Part shown: positions 41,993 to 51,871 of the stretch, one piece after another
Layout of the letters: every line of letters starts with the position of its first letter
Position numbering within the stretch: position 1 is the stretch's first letter
From: Octopus vulgaris
Taxonomy: Eukaryota
Assembly: GCA_951406725.2 (NCBI GenBank)
Contig: OX597817.1
Span: forward strand, 130,572,001 to 130,636,000
Direction of reading: 5' to 3'
Length of the DNA: 64,000 nucleotides
Notes under the pieces: model-generated
The model's database searches: none
What the model was told of the DNA's origin: nothing
The model's input: the letters and a program-made list of their open reading frames with translations, nothing else
Translations under genes and position numbers: made by a program

Positions 41993-42829
41993 ATGGAGCT
42001 CGGCCGACAGATCGCAACCAACAAAAACATAGCGGCGACCCTGAAAAGCCATGGCTTTATGAGGACGTTGGCGCAAGTAGAGAGGAAGAAAAGAGAAGTC
42101 GAAAGGGCCTACACTCTCATTGCACCACACATGGCTTTGCTAAGCCAAGTCCTCAAGGTGGACAAAGACAAAGAGAGAGAGATGGAAACAGGAAACACCA
42201 ACCACAGAGTGTCAAAAAATGACACGCCCACTGCCACAGTCGAAGAAGGCAAGCAGGGCAAACAACAGATAGGCAGCGATGGGGAAACAGAAAATAACCA
42301 CCCGGATGAAAAGACCTATGCAGAAAGGAACCAGTGGACAACCGTCCAACGGAGGAAGAAAAAACAGAGAGGAACTGGGGACAAGAAAACCCAGATAACA
42401 TGCAAATTCTTCCGGAATGGAACCTGCTGGCATGGAGAAACAGGGGAAGGATGCAGGTTCGCTCATCCCAGGCCCTATGGAAATTGCATCAAACCCACTC
42501 GACCAAAATGCCTTAACCAAAACCAAAACAAATACAAGCTGCCCCAGAAATATGCAGACATAGTGCGTAATGCCCCAACAAGGAGAAGGCGCACATTTGC
42601 AGAGGAAATGCAGACGGCGGCAGCAGAACAAAGAAATTTTGTGGAAATGGCAGAGAAAATTGTGGGACAACTGGCCTGGATACATCGTCTTCAGAGCCAG
42701 GGGCACTCACAACAGCACTCAAGACCACCACAATCAAGGGACCCAGGGTGGCCACCGCTGACGCCGGCCCAGGTGCCACACCGTCAGCCTTTATTGACAC
42801 CCCGGGTGTCTCACCAGTGCTTCTGCTGA
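41993..42829 (+). CDS. LINE ORF1 protein: Myb/SANT-like N-terminus (upstream part frameshifted) and a CCCH zinc finger
   Basis: CKFFRNGTCWHGETGEGCRFAH; lies directly upstream of, and overlaps, the ORF2 frame. Confidence 0.8.
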   Translation: MELGRQIATNKNIAATLKSHGFMRTLAQVERKKREVERAYTLIAPHMALLSQVLKVDKDKEREMETGNTNHRVSKNDTPTATVEEGKQGKQQIGSDGETENNHPDEKTYAERNQWTTVQRRKKKQRGTGDKKTQITCKFFRNGTCWHGETGEGCRFAHPRPYGNCIKPTRPKCLNQNQNKYKLPQKYADIVRNAPTRRRRTFAEEMQTAAAEQRNFVEMAEKIVGQLAWIHRLQSQGHSQQHSRPPQSRDPGWPPLTPAQVPHRQPLLTPRVSHQCFC

Positions 42830-42857
42830 ATGTCAGAGGTCTGGTGAAACCCACTAA

Positions 42858-43057
42858 TCATCATCATCATCATCATCATCGTTTAACGTCCGTTCTCCAT
42901 GCTAGCATGGGTTGGACGGTTCGACCGGGGATCTGGGAAGCCAGAAGGCTGCACCAGGCTCCAGTCTTATCTGGCAATGTTTCTACAGCTGGATGCCCTT
43001 CCTAACGCCAACCACTCCGTGAGTGTAGTGGGTGCTTTTTACGTGCCACCTGCACAG
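42858..43057 (-). mobile_element. RTE 3'-end insertion inside the CR1-group ORF2 endonuclease
   Basis: Separates LLNVRGLVKPTN from MGKIPYLRDL...TETHL; matches 39478-39669 in reverse. Confidence 0.93.
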
Positions 43058-43059
43058 AA

Positions 43060-45810
43060 ATGGGTAAAATTCCTTACCTTAGGGACTTGAGCACAAGCAA
43101 CCATGCAATATGCATAGCGCTGACTGAAACGCACCTGTCAAGCAGTATAGCAGATGCAGAAATACACATACCGAAGTATACTGTTTTTCGGTCGGACAGG
43201 AAGGAAAGAACTCATGGTGGGGTTGCCCTGTACGTCCGTGAAGATGTCACACCCATAGTACTGTTGACACACTCAAACTCAGTCTGTGACACACTGATAG
43301 TACACATGAAACAACCGAAAATAGTAATATGTGTCACATATCGGCCACCAGACACCCCTAGTCATGAAGGAGTGTTTGAAGATAGCCTCAGAAGAATAGA
43401 AGAAGTCCTGGACAAACTGGACCAGGGTAACACCATTCTACTGCTGGGAGATTTTAACCTTCCGAAAGTCAAATGGCCAGATGGCCATCTCCTCCCTGGA
43501 ATGACATCACTTGAACAGAGACAGACAGAGTCCTTGTTGGCTCTCACACGCAAGTTTTTCATGGAGCAAGCAGTGCTTTGGCCAACAAGAGGTGAGAATG
43601 TCTTGGACCTCTGTTTCACAAGCAACCCGATGCTCATCCACAACATAATGGTAACACCAACAATTCTCTCAGATCACAACTTAGTAGAGGTAATGATATA
43701 TGGTATGAGAGAGTTAGTTGAGACGCAGCCATTAGAAAATACCACAGGCCTATCCAGTCTAAACTTCCATAAGGCAAACTGGAAGAAGATCAACGAAGAG
43801 ATCCGAAAACATGACTGGAGTGACTTCATCACCACACAAGACACCAACACACATTTCCAACATTTCATGACAACAATACAGAACATATGCCATAAGTTTG
43901 TCCCGGAGAAAAAAGCCAGCGGGCATAGGAACGTTATTCCCAGAGACAGGAAAATACTTATGAGGCGAAGAGCTAAGCTCTCGAAGCAACTGAATGCACG
44001 GCAGAGAAACAATGAGGGACTCCACCTGAAACTTTTTGAAACGGAAACTGCACTCAAACTTTCCTATGAGAGGGAGAGGGCAGAGAGAGAAGCCAGGGCC
44101 ATAGAGAATATTAAAACAAACCCTAAAGCCTTCTTTAAATTTGCGAAAGAAACCACCTCGGTACACTGCAAGATTGGCCCACTCTTTGATAAAAAGGGCT
44201 CTCTAACTGAGGACCCCCAAGGGATAAGTGAAATACTAAAGGAACAGTATAAAAGTGTGTTCACATCCCCTCTGGGGCACATGCAAATCACAAACCCAGA
44301 AGTTTTCTTTGATGCCACAACACTCCAAAACCAAACAACAACCATCGACCACATAGACATAACAGAGAGGGATGTAATATCTGCCATAGAAGAAATGAGA
44401 ATAAACTCAGCTGCTGGACCAGATGGATTCCCAGCAGTCCTCCTAAAAACATGCAGGCATGCCCTAGCGGGACCACTGAAGAAGCTCTTCAGTGGTTCCT
44501 TGGCTAACGGTAAACTGCCCAGGGCGCTAAAAGAAGGCACCATATGCCCTATCCACAAAGGAGGGAGTAGAGCAGAGGCCAAAAACTACAGGCCAGTCTC
44601 CCTGACGTCACACATAAGTAAGGTCATGGAACGAATCATCAGAAAAAAACTGATCACGTTCCTCGAAGAAACTAACCGTCTCACTGACACACAGCATGGC
44701 TTTCGCCCAGGAAGAAGCTGCCTTACGCAGCTGTTACAACACTACGACTGGGTACTGAAACAACTACTGGATCGCTCACAGGTAGATGTGGTATATCTCG
44801 ACTTTGCGAAGGCCTTTGACAAAGTCGACCACGGAGTGATATGTCACAAATTACTCAGACTCGGCATAACAGGAAAAGTAGGTGAGTGGATACATGACTT
44901 CCTGAAGGACAGAAGCCAGATGGTTGCAGCCAATGGAGCCCTCTCGGGAAAGACACCAATAGCAAGCGGGGTGCCACAGGGCACAGTCTTGGGACCCTTG
45001 CTGTTTTTGGTGGCGCTCTCTGACATGCCCTTGGTAGCACAAACAACATCCCTCACTAGCTATGCTGATGACACAAAGGTAGCACAGGCAATCAAAAACC
45101 CAGCTGATGCTGACCTTTTACAACAAGATCTGGATGCCATATACAAATGGGCTGAAGACAACAACATGCAATTTAATGCTGGTAAATTTCAAGCCTTACA
45201 ATATCAAGCTGTAAACACATATACATTACAACACAACTATACTGGTCCAGGAGGGATCGAAATCCCAGTATCGAAATCAATACGGGACCTGGGGATAGAC
45301 ATGAGTGACGATGCATCTTTTTCTTCACACATCGCGAAGGTGGCGACAATGTGCAGACGACTCACTGGCTGGATCCTGAGGACATTCCGGACAAGAGACT
45401 GCGAGACCATGTTGACACTATGGAGGACATTTGTCCTAAGCCGCCTGGACTACTGCTCCCAACTGTGGTCACCGCATAGTGTCAAACTAACCACAGAGCT
45501 TGAGACAATCCAAAGACATTTCACCAAGAGGATTTCCACCATGAAAGAAAAGAACTATTGGGAGAGGCTTAGGGAACTCAATTTGTACTCCTTGGAACGA
45601 AGACGAGAGAGATATGCAGTGATATACATATGGAAAATCCTGGAGGGACTAGCACCAAATTTTGGAATTGAGAGCTGTTCCAATCCCCGTACAGGACGTC
45701 ACTGTGTGGTGCCAAAGGTCCCGTCTTCCACATCCAGGGTAAGGAGCAGATACTGTAATAGCCTGGGGTTCAGGGGCCCTCAGCTGTTCAAAAACTGCCA
45801 AGAAAACTAA
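43060..45810 (+). CDS. CR1-group LINE ORF2 (APE endonuclease plus reverse transcriptase)
   Basis: 916-aa open frame with complete RT motifs; the true C-terminus appears to continue after a frameshift near 45790 (LPRKLRDL..FKKHLDKLL..IPDEP). Confidence 0.95.
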   Translation: MGKIPYLRDLSTSNHAICIALTETHLSSSIADAEIHIPKYTVFRSDRKERTHGGVALYVREDVTPIVLLTHSNSVCDTLIVHMKQPKIVICVTYRPPDTPSHEGVFEDSLRRIEEVLDKLDQGNTILLLGDFNLPKVKWPDGHLLPGMTSLEQRQTESLLALTRKFFMEQAVLWPTRGENVLDLCFTSNPMLIHNIMVTPTILSDHNLVEVMIYGMRELVETQPLENTTGLSSLNFHKANWKKINEEIRKHDWSDFITTQDTNTHFQHFMTTIQNICHKFVPEKKASGHRNVIPRDRKILMRRRAKLSKQLNARQRNNEGLHLKLFETETALKLSYERERAEREARAIENIKTNPKAFFKFAKETTSVHCKIGPLFDKKGSLTEDPQGISEILKEQYKSVFTSPLGHMQITNPEVFFDATTLQNQTTTIDHIDITERDVISAIEEMRINSAAGPDGFPAVLLKTCRHALAGPLKKLFSGSLANGKLPRALKEGTICPIHKGGSRAEAKNYRPVSLTSHISKVMERIIRKKLITFLEETNRLTDTQHGFRPGRSCLTQLLQHYDWVLKQLLDRSQVDVVYLDFAKAFDKVDHGVICHKLLRLGITGKVGEWIHDFLKDRSQMVAANGALSGKTPIASGVPQGTVLGPLLFLVALSDMPLVAQTTSLTSYADDTKVAQAIKNPADADLLQQDLDAIYKWAEDNNMQFNAGKFQALQYQAVNTYTLQHNYTGPGGIEIPVSKSIRDLGIDMSDDASFSSHIAKVATMCRRLTGWILRTFRTRDCETMLTLWRTFVLSRLDYCSQLWSPHSVKLTTELETIQRHFTKRISTMKEKNYWERLRELNLYSLERRRERYAVIYIWKILEGLAPNFGIESCSNPRTGRHCVVPKVPSSTSRVRSRYCNSLGFRGPQLFKNCQEN

Positions 45811-46047
45811 GAGATCTACATGATGCGGATGTGGACATTTTCAAAAAACATCTAGACAAGCTGCTTTCCGGGATCCCAGATGAACCCACTGCAAGGTACG
45901 AAGGTAACCTAAGGGCAGCAGCTACAAACTCTCTCTTAGATCAGTGGCCAGTCACGGCAAACTGGACTTAGAGAGGGTAGCAACAAGGGCGGTGCCCCAG
46001 CATGGCCTCAGCCGGATGGCTGAAACAAGTAAAAGAGTAAAAGAGTA

Positions 46048-46747
46048 TATATATATATGTGTATATATATATATGTGTATATATATATATATGTGTGTAT
46101 ATATATATATGTGTATATATATATATATGTGTGTATATATATATATGTGTATATATATATATGTGTATATATATATATATATATGTGTGTATATATATAT
46201 ATGTGTGTATATATATATATGTGTATATATATATATGTGTGTATATGTATATATATATGTGTGTATATATATATATATGTGTGTGTATATATATGTATAT
46301 GTGTGTATATATATATATATGTGTGTGTATATATATATATATGTATGTATGTATATATATATGTATGTATATATATATATATATATATGTGTATATATAT
46401 ATATATATATGTGTATGTGTATATATATATGTGTATATATATGTGTGTATATATATATATGTGTGCATATATATATATGTGTATATATATATATATGTGT
46501 ATATATATATATATGTGTATATATATATATGTGTATATATATATATGTGTATATATGTATATATGTGTATGTATGTATATATGTATAAGTATGTATATAT
46601 GTATATGTATATGTATGTATATATGTATATGTATGTATATATGTATATGTATGTATATATGTATATGTATGTATATATGTATATATATATGTATGTGTAT
46701 ATATGTATGTGTATATATATATGTATGTGTGTATATATATGTATGTG

Positions 46748-46778
<31 letters not shown>

Positions 46779-47680
46779 GTATATATATATATGTGTATAT
46801 ATATATATATGTATGCATATATATATATATGTATGCATATATATATATATGTATGCATATATATATATATGTATGCATATATATATATATATGTATGCAT
46901 ATATATATATGTATGCATATATATATATGTATGCATATATATATATATATATGTATGCATATATATATATGTATGCATATATATATATGTATGCATATAT
47001 ATATATATGTATGCATATATATATATATGTATGCATATATATATATATGTATGCATATATATATATATATGTATGCATATGTATATATATGTATGCATAT
47101 ATATGTATGCATATATATATATATGTATGCATATATATATATATGTATGCATATATATATATGTATGCATATATATATATATGTATGCATATATATATAT
47201 ATGTATGCATATATATATATATGTATGCATATATATATATATGTATGCATACATATATATGTATGCATACATATATATATATATATGCATACATATATAT
47301 ATATATGCATACATATATATATGTATGCATATATATATATGGATGCATATATATATATATATGCATACATATATATATGTATGCATATATATATATGGAT
47401 GCATATATATATATGTATGCATATATATATATGTGTATGCATATATATATATGTGTATGCATATATATATATATATGTATGCATATATATATATATATAT
47501 ATGTATGCATATATATATATATATATGTATGCATATATATATATATATATATGTATGCATATATATATATATATATGTATGCATATATATATATATATAT
47601 ATGTATGCATATATATATATATGTATGCATATATATATATGTATGTGTATATATGTATGTCTGTATATATATATGTATGT
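46048..47680. repeat. (TA)n/(TATG)n/(TATGCA) compound microsatellite, 1.6 kb
   Basis: Directly visible; source of the ~550-aa spurious ORFs. Confidence 0.98.
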
Positions 47681-50380
47681 ACAAGAAAAATGCAACAAGA
47701 ATGGATCGGTAGATTAGTACAATTGTTTCATACTAAAAACATTTAATTTCAAGCTGCAAATATTACAGCAAATATAATGTCAAATATTCATCAGCTAAAT
47801 CACATATAGGTTTTCCATATATTCTTAGGGAGTGTAAATATCCTTATGAAGTTATAGGAGTGGGTTCCACGAATCTGAAGTAAGATTCCAAGCAGACTAT
47901 ATATGTTTTCCAACAATACAAAAATTTTAAAATGATTATTAACATCCCAGAGAAGATAAATCTACTCATAAAAATGTGAGTATAAGTTCCAAGAGGCATG
48001 AGGAAAGATGCTGGTCATACTACGGTTAAGTTCACATCTAACTGTTGCAAACAAAATTCTATAGTAGCAAGAAAGACAGCGAGGTAGGTTTAGCTAAAGC
48101 AAAGGACATCAGGAGAAAAGAAATGGGGGTGTAAGAAGGAATAAAGATACCAACGACACAGGTCAGTCTATATCCGTGGTGACAGAAAATCTAGGTCAGT
48201 GTAGAAGGAATCTTAAATTCATAAAAGAACTGTAAGTTTGACCAACACTAGCTTTGAACTGAGAAACTCATAGAATTAATGGTGGGATTGAGAAAACAGG
48301 AAGATTAAAGGAAAGCACTAATGAGGTCATAGGTTATCGGTAGAGGGAGATACAGTAAGAAAATTAAGGTTAACACTAGAATAGAAGGTTATTTATTTAT
48401 TATTGTTTTTATTTTAACTTATGTTTATATATGGTAAGAAGGAATTTAGGTCAACATCTAGAGGTCAAATAAGTTCAATAGCAAATGGTAGGGGAATCTT
48501 ACTTATTCAAAATTCATGATGAAAATCAAATGTATCACTAAGTGAATAGTATTACATGTTAGATGTAGAATAGAATTAGGAAAGATTAGCAGTTTATATG
48601 ATTTAAGTAAGGTTAATTAAATTGACTATAAAGTCAATTAAAAATTAGCATAGTACAAATACTATTTATTTATTTATTTTAAAAGATGCAGTTAGAAAGA
48701 ACAACAGTAGGAGGACTTGAAAATTTCTATTTGAAATATTTTAAAGTTTTGATTTTTGAGTGAATGCAAGACAGACCCAACTCTATACGGTTATTTAGTA
48801 GATTTTTATTTTTCCTATGCTTTAGAATCTCGTATGTCTCTATGGAGCAGATTTGACAATCCACCCTATTATTTCTATAAGGTACTGCCTTTCTAACTAT
48901 TTCCCATTTTAGGTTATATTTAATATTATTAGTTTTGAGTTCCCAAATTTTACTGGAAAGTGTTGTGCAACCAGCTTTATGATCTAGCCGAAAAGATGAG
49001 ATATGGTTATTAATTCTCTGTTTAAAATTTATAGTACAACCCAGGTAAAAAAATTTACTATTCGAAGTTGTTACAGTACATTTATAGATTACATTGTGGA
49101 CCAAACACCGACCAGATGCCGGACATTTTGACTTAATCCTACAATTGCAACTAGGGGGATAATTTTCAGATTTAGAATTATTTAAGGACATATCTCTCAC
49201 ATTGCTGCTATTCAAGTTATTACGAGTATTATTTTCGTTATTATAGGTAATATTGTTATCTGAAGTTGGGTTACTATTTATCGATCCGTTTACACTATCA
49301 TTTAGATCTACCATAACCATATCACAATTAACTATATTATTGGTATTGCTATTATTATTGTTTGTATTTATATCCGAATACTTATTACTGCTATAGATAT
49401 AATTGTTATCCTCATTCCCGATATTTCTATTTGTATTATCCATATTATTGTCATTATTATTATCTATATTAATATTATTTATATTATTGCTGTTGATGCT
49501 GCTCTCTTTTTGATAATTATTATTTTTATTTTTATTTATGATACTATTATTACATTTATTATTGGTATTCATGTTGATATTAGTCTTATTATTCCTAGCT
49601 GACTTAATGTTTTTATTATTAATTCTAGCTATTATGGTGGACATATTTGGGAGGGTTGAGTAAGAAATCCTAACCATTCGCTTAGAAATTATTCTATGAT
49701 ATTTATGAGAGGCTGGAAAATTTTTTTATAGTATAGATTTGAATTTGCCGTATATATCCGATAAAATCACGCAGTTAAAAGGAACATTTAACCAAGTGAT
49801 ATTTTCTTTATTATATTTTCTTAAATTAGATTTAGGGTTAGATGAATTATTACTGCCCCCACGAGAGTTATTATTCGTATTACTTATATTTGTATGTTTT
49901 TTAGATTTATCTAGATTAGTTTTATCAAAGTTACTTATGTTCTGGTCAGTATTTTTATTCTTATGATTTGGTTTGCACACTGGATTCTTTGTCACCATAA
50001 ATCTATTTTTATATCGGGCATAATCTATATTCTTGTTTATGTAGTTAATGTTCTCTTCATTTTTAGGAAGGTGCAAGCTCTCCTTATCAAGAAAGGTAAT
50101 CTCCTGGTTATATCCTGCATTAGATAATGCTGTATTATAATGTTTAGAGTGATAGTTAAATATATCATTATTAGATGACAGTTTGGAAATTCTTAGGGAA
50201 ATATTTCTAACCAAAGATTTTATTATATTAGGGGGATGATTAGATAATTTATTTACGTATCTAGTGATTTCACCTTCCTTTCTAAATGGGTAATGTAGCT
50301 TAGAGTTAAGGCCTAAGGTAATATCCAGGAAATTGAATATCTTAGTGCCAGGTTCATAAGTTATGCTAAGGTTAAAATCT
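47681..50380 (-). mobile_element. Second Penelope-like element (different lineage), 5'-truncated: RT thumb, Asn-rich linker and GIY-YIG
   Basis: FNFLDITL..PFRK..YVNKLSNHPPNI in 49726-50380; ISYSTLPN, CNCR..CP..G.C, NVIYKC..FYLG and FKQRINNH in 48727-49677; hammerhead ~930 nt past the stop. Confidence 0.92.
47714..47798 (-). ncRNA. Type I hammerhead ribozyme at the 3' end of the minus-strand Penelope-like element
   Basis: Minus strand: ttag-CUGAUGA-atatttgacatt...aatgtttttagtat-GAAA-caattg-UA-ctaa; canonical core, 4-bp stem I, palindromic stem III. Confidence 0.82.
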
Positions 50381-51368
50381 TTAAGTTTGACTGGGAGCTT
50401 ACCACTTGCATGAAAGCTCTGAAAAAGAAGCTGTAGTGGTTTTGCAAGGGCTCGTTTGCACGATTTGAGAAGGATTGCTGGGAATCCATCAGGTCCAGCA
50501 GTTGAGTTTGTGTCAAACTCATCTATGGCCAGTGTGATATCATCATCTTCAATGTTGATGTACTCAATTTTTGCCTCTTTGGCCGCAGGTAAAGTGGCAA
50601 AGAATTCTTCTGGGTTGCTTACTTGCCTGTTTCCTAGAGGTGTAGTGAACACACTTTGGAACTGTTCATTCAGTGTTTCACTTATCCTCGTGGTATTTCC
50701 TGTGAGAGAGCCATCTTTTTGGAAGAGAGGTCCTATTCTCTGGTGTACTGTGGCTGTCTCTTTGGCAAACTTAAAGAAAGCTTTAGGGTTCGACTTTATA
50801 TTTTCTATTACCCAAGCTTCTTTATCTGCTCTCTCTCCTTTTCATGGGACTGATGCAGACTTTTCTCAATTTCTATTAGCATTCTCTCGAGCTGAGACTT
50901 CTCACCACTTTTGATGTGCCTGCTCAGGCGGTTCGCACTCCTTGTCCGTCGTCTCATAAGAATCTTCCTTTCTCTAGGGATCCTGTTTTTGTGTGTGCTG
51001 GCCCTGCACACTGGGACATATGTCACATATGGCTTGTATTATGGACATGAAGTGTTTATGTTTCATGTTAATGTCCGGTGTGGAGAGTCATTTAGGCCAA
51101 TCCTGTTTGAGGATCTCTTTCTCGATCAACTTCCAATTTGCTTTATGAAAGTTTAAGTTGGAGAGATGGTGGATGCTTCGTATAGGCTGTGTGTCTGTGG
51201 GAGCTTTTGGTCCATACATAGACAGCTTTATTATGTTGTGATCCGAGATCATTGTCGGCATCACTTTAACATTATGGATAATAACCATATTGTTTGTGAA
51301 GCAGAGATCCAGTATATTATCTGCCCTTGTTGGTTGCAGCACTATTTTCTCCATGAAATAGGCATTTG
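50378..51368 (-). mobile_element. Internal fragment of a CR1-group LINE (end of APE to the pre-RT linker), related to the 41915-46047 element
   Basis: PTRADNILDLCF, SDHNII, NFHKANW, RIPRERKILMRRR and AGPDGFPAILLK align with the 916-aa ORF2. Confidence 0.92.
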
Positions 51369-51400
<32 letters not shown>

Positions 51401-51401
51401 T

Positions 51402-51839
51402 CTGAACAGCAGATTCAAAATAAATTAAAACAAATCGAAGTTGCTTTTAAATTAATCGATAAACACTTTGATAAACTGAGATGTGTTTTCTCTTTGAACA
51501 TATCGCCGGCGCAACAACAACAACTTCAGCAGCATCAACAACAACAACCTCAGTGGCAACAACAACAACAGCAGCAACAACAACAGAATGAACCACTCCT
51601 TGATTCATCTACAATGGACAATTTGTTAAAGGAAATGATTGACTCCCCAGTCACCAGGGTCTCACAGCAGGAAGCACCATCCCTTCCTTTCACTGCCCTA
51701 GTAGCTCAATCATCATCACTGTCAACATCATCTCTTCTGTCTACTACTACTATTACTACAAACACTATCAAACCAAAAACATCTTTGTTTACCACTATCT
51801 CATGGAATCAATCATCATCACTGTCAACATCTCTTCTGC

Positions 51840-51871
<32 letters not shown>

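Larger units (their letters stand above)
41915..46047 (+). mobile_element. Near full-length CR1-group LINE (ORF1 and ORF2), interrupted by an RTE 3'-end insertion
   Basis: ORF1 41993-42829; ORF2 with APE motifs (LLNVRGL, LTETHL, YRPP, GDFNLP, SDH) and RT motifs (YLDFAKAFD, GVPQGTVLGP, YADD); 3' tail ends in (aaaagagt)2. Confidence 0.95.

Noticed and set aside
45944-47746. Several ORFs of up to ~575 aa
   Set aside because: Same microsatellite artefact
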